Below are positions 28,055 through 40,751 of a DNA stretch of 64,000 nt, piece by piece; position 1 is the stretch's first letter; each line of letters starts with the position of its first letter. Location: assembly GCF_009914755.1 (NCBI RefSeq), contig NC_060929.1. One strand, 5' to 3'. The notes beneath the pieces are model-generated. The model did not search any database. It was given only the letters and a program-made list of their open reading frames with translations, and was not told where the DNA came from. Source of the DNA: the human T2T-CHM13v2.0 reference genome, Homo sapiens. The position numbers were made by a program, and so were the translations under genes.

Positions 28055-28289
28055 ATATATATATATATACACACACACATATATATATATACACATATAT
28101 ATATACACACACACATATATATACACATATATATATACACACACATATATATATACACATATATATATACACACATATATATACACATATATATACATAT
28201 ATATACACACACATATATACATATATACACACATATATATACATATATATATACACACACACACATATATACACACACACATATATATA
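28055..28289. repeat. Compound (TA)n/(CA)n repeat
   Basis: About 235 bp of alternating purine-pyrimidine; source of the spurious YI/CV-rich ORFs. Confidence 0.95.
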
Positions 28290-30564
28290 GAAAAGCTTGG
28301 TTTTTGGAGGCAGGGGGAATTATCAGTTACATCAGATCTTTTTATTTCAATTCTTTCTAGATGACGCAAATATTAGTTTCACTAAGACTGCTGGTTCCAT
28401 TGAAATTAGTGGGCCCATGATGATATTCAATGGATGCAATGCTGCAATACAAATACATTCATGGTTTTCCCAAACAGCAGATGATACAGACTTCCAGAAA
28501 TCCTGTGTCACTTCTTTGGTGACTGAATATCACTTGTTTAAGGCCCTTTGCCTCCATGATACATCTCTTCACCAAATACCACACTGCCACTATGCTTCCA
28601 GCAGCAGAGTCAAAACAGAATCTTTCTCCAAATCAAGCACAGAAAAATGAAACCATCAGTTTGGATTTGCTCAGAAATAGTTAGGAACTCTAGGGAGGAG
28701 TGCAAGCATGAAGTTTCTTCTCTCCCTCTCCTTGGGGCCTCTATAGAACAATATTTTTCAGCACATAAAGGCAGAGAAAGAAGTGCTGCCTCCATGACTT
28801 CTGAAATAAAAGCAAGTGAAACTCCACCATGGAGTAGGACTAAAATCCTGTAACTAAAGTAAACTAAAAACTCAGTGTAATGAGGTTAGCTCTAGAGTGG
28901 AATTCAGTCAAAGACAGATCCACCTCTAACCTCATCAAAGCAGTTTTTGTTACTGAAAAGTATTGTTAAACACACATACACACATGTACCCCTATCATAC
29001 AGAAGGTATGGGCACGGAAATCAACATCCTGATTGGATCCAGCATAGGAATATATAATAAATTCATTTTGATGAATGTCTCTGATGCAGAGTGGCAACAA
29101 TAAGAATTTTCAAAATGCCCTAAAGTTCTCCCTGCAGCTTGCACACCCAACTGATAGCCCTACATCAATTTTACCATCTACATTTAGCATACACATCAAC
29201 ACTGGTCCACAGTTCAGCAAACCCAGACTTTAAGCCCCAAAGGACAGGGATCCTGCTAACACCAACTTCGGGAGAAGTTTCTGCGTTTCTTCCTAATTTA
29301 AATATGTGCCTCTGTGGTGTATGAGTAAAGCTGGTTGGGGTTGGATCAGCTGGGAGATCACAGAAGCATATAAACAGCATTGGCTATTTTAAGTGAAACC
29401 ATTTTAATAGACAGCTGGTTTAGGGCCCAGACAATGAAACACCAAGAAGAAGGCTTATTTTCATCCTCCATAGTAAATCATGAGTCTGCTCACTATGAGG
29501 AAGGTTGTCTGTTGTGAGAGGGACAAAGACAACACTGGTTTAAATAAATCAATGTGTTTATCTGAAGTGAAGATGGGATGCCTGCTATATAGATGGGTGG
29601 GAGGGGGAGAAAAATCATATAAAATATATTATTTAAGTAAATCAATTGATAGTGAATCAAGTTGAGGTTTGTAACCTAAGAATCAAAAATGCAATATCAA
29701 GTAGAAAACAATGTTTAAATTAATCCTGCCAATGGCAAATAAATCCCTTAAGGTGACAGGAATGCTTGTATAAGAGGAAGAGTTAAATAGTAAACAACAT
29801 TAACCTCATCTCAACTTTAAAAACCTGGTGAAATTGACAAACAAGCTGTCAAAAGTGGATATATTTGGAACAGATTTATTTTTGTGATATACTAGCCTAC
29901 CTTTTCTGCTGTCATACTCTAATGAGTAGAAAGAAAATATCTCATATTATTTTTTGATACTCTCTTCACTTCAGATTAAGGGGCTTTTAAAGGATATTTA
30001 AAATAATTAACTAAAAGAAGAAGAAAACATCGAAATTGTTAAACTTGCATATTCTTATGCAAAAACATCTCTGGAAATTTCACTGTTATGAATAAAATAT
30101 CATCAATTCTAAACGCTCAATTATAAAGTAACCTGTAATATCTTTGAAAATCAACCAATCAATCAATATACAAAAACCTGCCTGAGTTGCCACTGTTTTG
30201 AAAGACATACTGTGAAGCGTAGTTCATTCTAGCTTTTCTTAAATACTGCTAGGTCTTAAAAGTTAATTGAAACTTACTATGGGTAAAGACCACACAGTAA
30301 AATGAAAAAATACACAGTGAATGTACACCGGGATCACACTTCAATAGGATGCCAAAGGAAATACAGAGAATTGAACATGGTTTTTCTGTGTTTACTTTTC
30401 TAATAGTTTTAACTCTTTGTGTTCCACGACAAAATAAAGGCGGTGAAGAGAATACTTTTGACTTTGGTTCAGCAAAATCCAAAGGATTTTTAGAAACAAA
30501 ATATTTTCATTAGGAACCTTTCTTGATTTATAAGCAAACAAAAGGAAACTTATCATCATTAGTT

Positions 30565-30730
30565 GAAGAAGAGGAAGAGGAAAAAGAAAAAAGAAAAGAA
30601 GAAAGAAAGAAAGAAGGAAAGAAAGAAAGAAGAAAAGAAAAGAAAAAGGAAGAAAGGAAAGGAAGGAAAAGAAATTAAGAAAAAGAGAGGAAGGTAGGAA
30701 GAAAGGATTGGAGGGAGGGAAAAGAAAGGT
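30565..30730. repeat. GA-rich low-complexity tract
   Basis: (GAAA)n/(GGAA)n. Confidence 0.9.
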
Positions 30731-31609
30731 TATCAGTAACTAACAAAGACTTCTAATTTTCTATTTAAATCAAAACTGTACCTTGAAAATATGTTACTCC
30801 TTTTTCCCCTTACAAAATAAAAAGCCAAACCTACTTTGTCACCTAAGAGAATAAGTTCATGAATGCACAAAGTACCTGCTGTAACCAAAAGTGAAATGTC
30901 TTCTGAATGCAAACTGTCAACAAGCCTTTGGCAGCAAATTACCAAGAATTGAGCTAATCAAAAAATGATATGCACACCTACAATATCAACACACTATAAT
31001 AATAATCATTACATTCAACCACCAATTTCTACTGTTTGTCATTAAAAAAAAAAGAAAGAAAAAAAAAAAGGTGCTAGCTAATCTGGTCTTAGAAATTTCC
31101 AGTAGGTGAAGGCACACTAGTTAAAAATTAAACCATGCCAAAGGAAACACTACAAATCTGACATTTCATAAACAACGTGTCAAACAGCAATCCAACATTA
31201 GTAGTGGAATAAAATAAAAAAATAATTTTGCTTCAATTAGCAGCTTGGCTACTGGTGAACAAATTACAAAGATGTAATTTCAGCTCAGCAGCTAAGCAGG
31301 CCCGTTTTCAGAAGTGAATTAGGAAAGTTGCGAAGGAATGATATCAGATTCAGTGTGCTGTTCAGTTACATCACAGCCCTGAATAAAAAGAGAATGTGTA
31401 CCAAAAGCAGTTAGCTTTAGAATGCATCTTTTATGTCTCAAAGAGCTAAAACCCCTTATATTATTCAAACACCATAAAAAACTAAATCACTCTAACAATC
31501 CCATATTGTATTTCTTTTTCTAGCACAAATAAAAGATATTTCACTCCTATGGTAACTACATTTACACCTACATTAGTAAATACAATTGGCTTTGTCAACC
31601 CAATGGGGT

Positions 31610-31790
31610 AATAATAATAATAATAATAATAATAAAAGCATCTAATTTATTAAGCACTTAATTTGTACCAGTCGCTGTTCTAAGTTCTTAACATGTATGA
31701 AGTTATTTAATTCTCACAACGGAGCTTCAAGGTAGGTGCTAACATTATTTCCATTAGTCTGATTCCAAACATTGATGTATTTTAATTGCT
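31610..31790. mobile_element. (AAT)n followed by a MIR fragment
   Basis: atttattaagcactta...ttatttaattctcacaac...aggtaggtgcta. Confidence 0.6.
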
Positions 31791-34700
31791 CACTAAAACC
31801 AGATCATTCTTGCTCAACAACTATGTAGACAATTCACCAATGTCCAAACACTCCTTCATCGCTCTCAGCAATATAAGACAGAGAGAACAGACTATCTGTA
31901 CAGTCATATGAGTTCAATAAATGCATCTCTACTAATATGTTCGTTTTTAATGCTGTTCAAACATTCACATGGAAACAGCTCTAGCGTAAATATCCCCGAA
32001 CAAATGGCTGTATATTATCCAGGAGGGAGCAGTTGGCCCGCCAGACTGGGGAAGTACTAGGCCATCTGGCTCCGGCAATCTCTCCAAAACCATCAGCTTT
32101 GTTTTCACCCCCAGACTCCAAACAACACATTTTCCACTGTGATGAGTTTACATTTTCCCAAACACAGGTCCTGATCATGCATAAAAATTCCAAACTTCTT
32201 CATTCCTCTATGTGCAAGGAAATTTAAATCACCTGCATTTTTGACATGTTACCAAAGGAGAGAGAAAGCTGCTGAAATATGGCCTCTGACTATAAACTTG
32301 CTGTGTCCTTTTTTGTTTGTTTATTTCCCCAAATATATGAAAGAAACTCTCTGCTGGCCTAGTGAATTCCTTGGGAACTTATTGATATACTGAAAATGTG
32401 TTTATCTACCAATGAAGAACCATGAACTGAAAGGGTTGTTAATCAAATCTATGTAGCCATGGCAGGATATAATGAAACAATCAATAGGAAAAAAATACAC
32501 TTGCATCAATACCTTAAAGTACGGGGAAGATCAAAACAAATATATCAAGAAGTCTAGCTGGGAAGAGAAACCTGATAGCATTTCTGATGATTGTACCTTG
32601 GACCCCCCACTGTCCTGGGAACCTTTTCACGGTCTCCTCACTACATCATCTACTTTCAAATCCATACATACAAGGATTATGTGACTACGATTTCCTGCTT
32701 CTCAAGCAGGCTTTTGTTTAGGGGAAGAGTGTTTTGTTTTGATAACTTAATACAATTTGGTATCTTTTCTTTGAATTATAAAATATCACTCTTTTAAAGC
32801 AAGATGGTAAGAGGGGAGATAAGCTAAACTTAAAAAAAACTATTTAAAGATATATAACTCACTATAGCAATCACAGAATGTAATCATATTTCAAATACTA
32901 CATGAAAATCTGAAAGGATGCCCACTAAACCTCAGACCTCCCCCACTGGATTCATTTGAGCTTCTGCAGTAGATATTGTTTCTGGATGCAGCAGCCATAA
33001 ACTTCTGGGTCCTACAGGGCATTCTGCATGCTCACTAATGGAATACCAAAAACAGTAATGACACGAAAACAAACTATTTTTAGTCCAGCTAAACTTGGTT
33101 TTGAACAACCCTTCCCAAAAGCAAGCCTCTTATTTTCTAGTTGGTGGGTGAATTTTTAAAATATTATATCCTGTGTGCTTTACAATGAAGGCATAGGGAT
33201 AAGGGATCTCAGATTCTTATATATTCATTTCTAATGAAGCTTCATCTTTCCTGGTAGAGTCCAAAAATTAAGAGTCATTACCCAAAATAGTCTAATGAGA
33301 CACTTTGAAAAGGTGTGAAATACTGTGTCATACCAACACATCTTGGTTGATTGAGTACATTTCTTTTCTATCTCAATGCTGCTAATCCCACCCAAGATCA
33401 AGAACAGTTTATGGAAATGTAGAATGCAAAAATAGTTTTAAATTTTGCTTGTCCAAAATTCCTTTTGAGTTTTAACCCCACTTTCTAGTCAAGAATATGA
33501 CATCACTCACATAAAGCTGCATCTCTGATAGGAAAAATGTTATAATAAACAGGCAGCTAAGAAAAGACACTTGAACAGTGGCTAGGTATTCCTTCCACAA
33601 TTGATGATGTTATCAGAACTTATCAGACCAGAAGTGTTTCATTCTGTACTCTAAATAATTATCAAAATCCATAATGTATGAGGAAGAATTTCACAGGAAA
33701 AAAAAATGTAATCATTTAATCCATCAGTTTATATCAAGACTTACATCTGATTTAAGGAGCCACTGTATATTAAACTAAAATCAAAGATTCAAGAAATTTT
33801 AAATCAGACTTGGTATTTAATTATGATAGAATAATTTCAAGCTAGAGGAAAATTAACTGTTTTACTCATTAAGGCTAAATATCAATTATTTTTATGTCAC
33901 ACCTAGGGAAAGTTAAGCTTCTTCACGCTCATCTATCTGCTTTTTGGAGGCCATTGTATTAACCCTGTAGACAAGAAGCTAACCTACTTCCAAAACTCTT
34001 GCAGCACATAATCAAAGAACAAGCAATTGGATAATGAGTAGGAACTGCCTTTCAAAGTGAAAGCTACAGAGAGGTGGTTAAACAATTATTATGAAAGCAC
34101 ACAGGTAAGCTTTGAAATATTCCTTTTCCTGATATTTTTTAGACTTAGATAATTATTCAACCTTTTCTCAGGCCACTCCCCACCAAAATATATCATTGCA
34201 TGCATTTATAATTTTGACTTTTACTGAGATGTCATATTATGGCAAATGACTTTCTCATAAGTGCTATTATCGAAAATAAAACTAATCTTGTTCTTATTCC
34301 TCTCTCTCTCTTTCTCTCTCTCTTCCTCCCTCTTTCCTGATAGAATTTATGACACCAAGTGGTCAAAGAATGCCTTAAGCTGCAGTTTTTCTTAAGCTCT
34401 ATGACCTTGTTAGTAAAATGATATTTGATGTATTGCTTTAAAAATATCAAAAGATGATTCTCCCCCATTTTTATATGAGTATAAGGTAAGTTCATCCCAT
34501 AATGGGAAAATCAATTAGTAGTGGCACTTTTTGACTAGAGAGACTTAAAATAAAATTTTGAGGAGGTTTAATTCATAGAGCGATTAATCACTTCAAACAT
34601 GTCTTAATTCTGTGCTTCTTACAATTGTTCATTTCATAGTGCTACCTATAATTTAATATTTCATTGGTCAATGTTGCACAAGCAGACAGGCCTTATGTAC

Positions 34701-34964
34701 TGATTTGTGTATGTGTGCCTTTTATCTTTTAGAAAGTAAATCCTAATAAATACACATAGAGTATGTCTTAGAGTTCCTACTTTCCCCCTCTCCCTCCCAA
34801 CTTTTTTTTTTTTTTTTTTCCTGTAATGAGAATGGCAGGAAAGGATATCCAGGGTATCAAAGGCAATTTTTGAAAACAAAACTCCACTTAAGACATTTTT
34901 ATTTTGACATCGCAAAAGAAAAAAAGTTATTAAAAATCAGGCTTTTGTGTTTCTGCCTTGGAAG

Positions 34965-34997
<33 letters not shown>

Positions 34998-36421
34998 ACA
35001 GTGTCCAAATGAAAGTGAATTATCCTATGCAATTATTAAATCCATTAAAGAAAATAAAACCAAGACCAAAAATTATAAATGGTGATTTACTCTGAGCAAT
35101 CAACTGAGAAATAAACAGATTTTTAAGAAAGCCAAATATTTTAGGCAAATAACATGAAATATATTTCAATCTTTATTTTTATTTTAAAAAATAGATTTCA
35201 TACTCTTGCTTTCTACTTGTGTCATATCGAAATATGAAAGTGATCATCAAAAATAGCTGTTAATAAATTGGTTCTTGAAGATTAGATTTTTAAAATGCCC
35301 AACAGCTTATTAATGTGACATTTCTACCACATATTTAAGCCGTGGTGTATCTAAAAATAATTTTTAAATATGCATATATACCCTAATTTGAAACTTTCTC
35401 AGCCAATATCTATGAAAGAAAATCATTTCTCTTATTTTAAAGGAAACATTCTAAAATCACAATCAAGTAAATAAATTTTAATCCTCTTGCTAAATTGCTG
35501 GTTAGTACACAATGGATAACTTTTTTCTTTGTTCTAATTTCTTTCCCCCACCCAATAAAGCTGTCTTCTTTTTTCTGCTACTAACTCCTCCAACTACCTA
35601 ACCAGCTACTTAATTCTGAAACTAAACTTTTTCTTAAAATTAAGAAGAAGGGGAAAAAGCTCCTGTGCCTCATTAAAACGTCAGGCCTCTTTTCTGACTC
35701 GGCTCATAATTGTATCTTTTAAACCATAACTCAACCTTAATGTATACTGCTTGACACCCGCGTGTTGGGAGCTTAAGAAAATGCCGTCTATGTACCTTTA
35801 AGACCACAAGCTCACTCATGCTGCCTGGCTTCCTGCCAAACTTGGAGGCAAAAGCAGGAGGGTTTTTGCAAAATATCCTCTAACAATTGTCGCTCCCTCT
35901 TTCAACACTACCTTCACCATCATTCCCTTTGAAAACAAATCTGCAGAATGGTCATCTGCGCTCTCAGCCCATCTCATCATTCCTGGGGAAGCCGCCTCTG
36001 CCACCCCTCCTCCGCCCCCTCAGCCCCTCGCCCCTCTGCTTCCCGGGGAGGCCTGGCTTGCTTGGGTTTCAAAGGTTCAGCCCACTCCGCACCAGGGTCC
36101 CTGGGCACCTTTGAGCCCTTCGGGGCTCCCTGGCCGGGTCAGAGGAAATTCAGCCCTTTTTCTCGCCACTCAGCACCCTGCAGTCTTAATTCACAAGGCC
36201 CGAGTTCCCTTGGAGGGACGCGCGCGCGTCGAGCCCTCATCCCCACGCGGCGGTGCAAGCGCATGAATGGACACTGGAAGGCCGTGCAAGTTTGGTCTGA
36301 GCCGCCCCCGCTGGCTTTTAGAGTTAGAGTCCCAGCCCACCTGCGGTGGAGCAACTAGCTTCTTGACTGCACTGAATTTTGTGACATAGAGCCCCCCGTG
36401 GCCCAAAATCAAGAAACTTAC

Positions 36422-36477
36422 TTGTTTTGTCATGGAGTCAATGAGGCGCACGTAGAAATCCTGCTCCGTCCTTATCC
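36422..36477 (-). CDS. EBF1: EBF1 coding exon 4 (56 nt; IRTEQDFYVRLIDSMTKQ)
   Basis: Acceptor ccctag at 36478; donor CAA|GTAAGT at 36421; conserved COE sequence. Confidence 0.97.
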
Positions 36478-37144
36478 CTAGGGTTGGAAATGGGGGAAGG
36501 GAGGAGAATTAAGTGAGAGGTTACGGAGGGTGGGTGGACAATAATTAACAACAACAAAAAATAACAACAAAACCCCCACACACATATCACGAAAGGGGCT
36601 CCAAGGCTGATTGGAACTCCCACTGTCCTGGAAAATACAGCCACGATCTCCCTTCCCCAGTGTCCAGAGAGGTGCTGCTGGCCTTGCCTTAGCGCTCCTG
36701 GAAGCCAGACGCCAAGTTCTGCAGCTGGGACTGGGATGGGGGTACCCCGACTTGTCTGTTCTCACGGCAAGAGTCCCTCTGCTCTCGCACACAGCCTTCA
36801 AGGCCATGACCCTTCAGCCCCTAAGCCCAAGGGGCCATGGGCCTGCAGCCTGGGCCAAGCCAAAGGAACAGGCCTCAGGAAGGGGAGGAAGAATGAAAGT
36901 GGCTCAGGGAGGGATGAGGCACTACACCTGGCCCCAGGTAAACGCGAGACCGATAAGGCTCTTGGGCCACTAGGAGCCTCCTCAGGTGAAACCTCCTGGG
37001 GCGAAATTTAGGAGAGGCTGGTTCACCTCAAATAAAGCGGATGACTGACCTTCGCTGGAGGATTTCGTCCACCTGGAGCTCCCTGCGCCCCCTGCCCAGA
37101 CCCGGAGCCCCAGGGTGAGGCCATAGACCCGACCCGGGCCTCAC

Positions 37145-37208
37145 CATTGCTGTAGAGAAGCTGAAGCCGGTAGTGAATTCCGTTATTGGTCTTTTCGCTG
37201 TTGGCTTC
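37145..37208 (-). CDS. EBF1: EBF1 coding exon 3 (64 nt; EANSEKTNNGIHYRLQLLYSN-G)
   Basis: Acceptor acccag at 37209; donor ATG|GTGAGG at 37144; peptide visible in ORF 37023..37529; in frame with exons 2 and 4. Confidence 0.97.
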
Positions 37209-37565
37209 CTGGGTTGCATCAGGACGCAAAGACACAAGAGATGCAGGAGAGAGGTCTGCGTGAGCGAGTGGACCAACTTTCGAGGCAACTTTCCCCAAGC
37301 CGGGACCCCCGCTGGCGAGCCAGGCAGCCACGGTAGCAGCAGAAATTGTGGCCAATTGTGATCCCTCCTCCGCCCCCCGTTCCTGACTGCTCCCTCTCTC
37401 CCAAAAGAAAATTCCGTCGGGCGCACACAGGCTATCCTCTTTCCAGGGCCTAGGGGCTCGTGCCCCGGCCACCAGAGGCAGGCGGTGCGTAATCTGGTAG
37501 TGGAGGGCGGGTTCATTCCGGGTGCCCATGGCTGTGGATTGTAGAGCCAGGCTTGCCTCTCTCTA

Positions 37566-37952
<387 letters not shown>

Positions 37953-39241
37953 TTAGATGGCTAAACCGGACGCCGACCCGCGCCCCTTGTCACCCTGTAC
38001 ACACACTCGAACCCTCAAACACCCACCTCCTCTTCCCCCAAAACATCCAGTGGGCGCTCTTCACGCCCCTTCAGGCGACATAGACCCAGCTGACAACGGG
38101 ACACACATGTCCCCTCATGTCCTCGTCCTCTCCGCCAAGGACGGGTGCGTCCTCAGAACTCGCTGAAGAGGTGTGAAAGTTTTGTTTGGGTTTTGCGCGC
38201 GAGATGAAACTCTATAAGCATTTACTCCTACCTGACACGCACTGCGTGGGGAGGAAGAAAAGTGGCGGTGGATGAAGTGAACCCACCTTCGCGGAGTAGA
38301 ACCCACAGTTATATTCCGGCACCCCTCGAATCTCACGTCTCAGCTAGCAGGGCAGGTGGGAATGGATGGAAAACATGCTCGGCGTCTCGCCGCAGCAGCC
38401 ACCCTCCAGGAACCCCTCAAGCTCTGGCCAACTGCGAGTGCCCGGCCTTGGGAAGCCACATCCCCCCACCACCAAAAAGCATGTGGAGAAGGGTCCGAGG
38501 GCGGGGCTCAGAACTGTCGCGGGTGGTCGCTGTGAAAAAGGGAAGAGGGGTGTTTTCTTAAAGACCTGTCCTAACAAAGTTTCGCTGTTCCGCAGAAATC
38601 CTCACACTCATTCCAGAAATCCTAAAGGCCAGGGCTGCTGGCTCAGTGCGCCGGCCGGCGATGGGAGGCTGGAGCGCCTGGGGCGCCAGGCGGCCACTGA
38701 CAGCCGGACCTGCCCAACACAAGCGCGCACAGGCACACACACACACATAGAAGAACACACACGAGCGCCCCGCGCACACACTTTCACTTCCAGCCCAGTT
38801 ACCCAATTCACTCTCACTACCACCCACCCCCATCCTAATACTCAGTGGGGATGGGAACAGTGTTGGGGACACTTGTCCCCAGCCCAGGGAAGCTGGAGAT
38901 GATGTAATTAGTCATCTTCCTTCTTCCCCTTCCGCACTCTGAGTCCGATAGGGCCTGGGGCCACCAGATCTCCCACTGTCCCAAGCTCAGCTGGTGGCTT
39001 AATGGGGGGAAAAAGGCCATTTCTCACTTGGGACCAGGAGCCTGGGAAAGAGCCTTGGGTGTGCCCAGGAAAGTTCCCTCAGGTCAACCTCCAAGGGCAA
39101 TGCCTCCAGGCCACACAGTCTAGTGTCTAGGGAGCTGCGAGTGAGAGAAGGGCTGGAAGGGGCCATGGTGACAGGGGCTGGAGAAGACTTTTGGGAGATA
39201 TCAGAATTAAAGTTGGGAGTTGCTATTCTACCGGTAGACTA

Positions 39242-39810
39242 AGAAAAAACTGAAAGACAGAGAGGGAGGGAAGGAGAACGAGATAGCAGAAATAAGAGAA
39301 GACTCAGGGGAGAAATGGGACGAAAAAACAGGAAAGCCAGAGAGGTAAGGAAAGGAGAAAGAGGAGAAAGGAGGGAAGCTGAAGAAAGAAGAGAAAGAAA
39401 ATGGAGAGAGGAAGGGAGGAAGGAAAAGAGTGAGGGAGAAATTAAGGGAAGGTGGGGGAAAGAAATGAGAGAAGGAAATGAAAGAAAGAAGAAAGAAAAG
39501 AAGGCAGGAAGAGAGACAGGAAAGAAGGAAGAACGAAAGAAATGGAAGGAGGGAAGAGGGGAAGAAAGGAAGAGGAAGGAGAAGAGAAGAAAATAAAGGG
39601 GGGAGAAAGGAAAGAAGGAAGAAAGAAAAAAGAAAGGCAGGAAGAGGAAAGAGAAAGAAAAAGGAAAAAGAAAAGGAGGAAAGAAAAAAAGAAAGAAAAA
39701 GAAAAAAGAAAGAAAAAGGAAGGAAGGAAGAGAAAGAAAGAAAGAAAAAAGAAAAGAGGGAAAGGAAGAGCGAAGGGAAAGAAGAAAAGAGAGCCGGCCG
39801 GAAAAGAAAG
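39242..39810. repeat. Long polypurine (GA-rich) tract in EBF1 intron 1
   Basis: About 570 bp, almost entirely A/G on the plus strand. Confidence 0.95.
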
Positions 39811-39894
39811 AGCAATCACATAAAAACATAAAACACAGATCTCCAACATGCTGTGTTGAGACGCCTCTTCTGGGTTAAAACAAAATGAAAACAG

Positions 39895-40260
39895 TCACAG
39901 ACGAGGCAGGGGAAAGTGCTGGCAAAGCGTGGGCTCCTCGCAGACAGCTCCAGGTCCTCCGGCCGCAGGCGACGAAGGCAGAGCGGCTGGAGAGCGCGGA
40001 GCCCCGGCGGAGAGCGGAGCGCAGCGGCTGCGGACTCACCCCGCCGCCCGGCCCCGCGGCAGCAGCTGCTGCTGCCGCCTCCGCCTCCCGGCTCTCCCGC
40101 TCGCGGCTCACCTCGGCCGCGGTCCCCGCGCAGTACCCACCTCTGCGCCGCCGTGTTGGCGTCCAGCACCCCGGCGCCCTGCATCCACGTCCGCACCGCG
40201 TTCATGCCGCTGCCCAGCGGCTCTTCCTTCATGCTGCTTCCACTCCGTTGGATGCTTTCC
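39895..40260. promoter_or_regulatory. CpG island over exon 1 / start of intron 1
   Basis: Very dense CpG and GCC/GCG repeats. Confidence 0.85.
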
Positions 40261-40274
40261 TGAATCCCAAACAT
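40141..40274 (-). CDS. EBF1: EBF1 coding exon 1 (134 nt; [45 protein letters not shown])
   Basis: ATG at 40274-40272; the translation is the EBF1 N-terminus (within ORF 39816..40643); donor GAG|GTGGGT at 40140; the phase-2 junction joins exon 2 in frame. Confidence 0.97.
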
Positions 40275-40712
40275 GAAAACAACCTTTTCTTGTGGAAAAT
40301 CTCCTCCCCCTTGAAAAAAATTAAAAAAAAAAAAAAGGAAAGAAAAGAAAGAAAAGAAAAGAAACAAAAACGCCAACCAGAGATTTTTTTTTTTCTCAGA
40401 CGATGAACTCGCACTTAGAAGATCAAGGCGGGCTGGAAAGCAAATTTTTAAAAAATGTAAACCTCTGCTCAAAACTGAGCGATAACCCGAAAAAAAGAAG
40501 AAAGGGAAAATCCAACGAAAAGACCAAAATAATAAAATTAGAGATGTATGCTTGGCTGTTGGGGGTTGTTTGGTTGGTTGATTTTTGGTTTGGGTGCTTT
40601 TTTTTTTTTTTTGCTTTTTTTTTTTTTTTTTTGTAATGATCACAGGCCGGTGGAGGACAGGAGGGGCTGGAGTTTCCTTTTGTAGAGGTACCCTTCACTT
40701 GAAGAAGCAGGA
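40275..40712 (-). other. EBF1: EBF1 exon 1 5' UTR (approximate; TSS not determinable from sequence)
   Basis: ATG-free on the minus strand from 40275 to about 40810; low complexity with long U and A tracts. The upstream limit is a recalled estimate. Confidence 0.6.
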
Positions 40713-40714
40713 AG

Positions 40715-40751
<37 letters not shown>

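Noticed and set aside
27991-28369. YI/CV/HT-rich ORFs
   Set aside because: Translations of the (TA)n/(CA)n repeat.
34495-34507. Palindrome TCCCAT-A-ATGGGA as an EBF site
   Set aside because: Half-site spacing is 5 bp, not the 2 bp of the EBF consensus.
39228-39849. Several 93-196 aa ORFs (F/L/S-rich or K/R/E-rich)
   Set aside because: Artefacts of the stop-poor polypurine tract.
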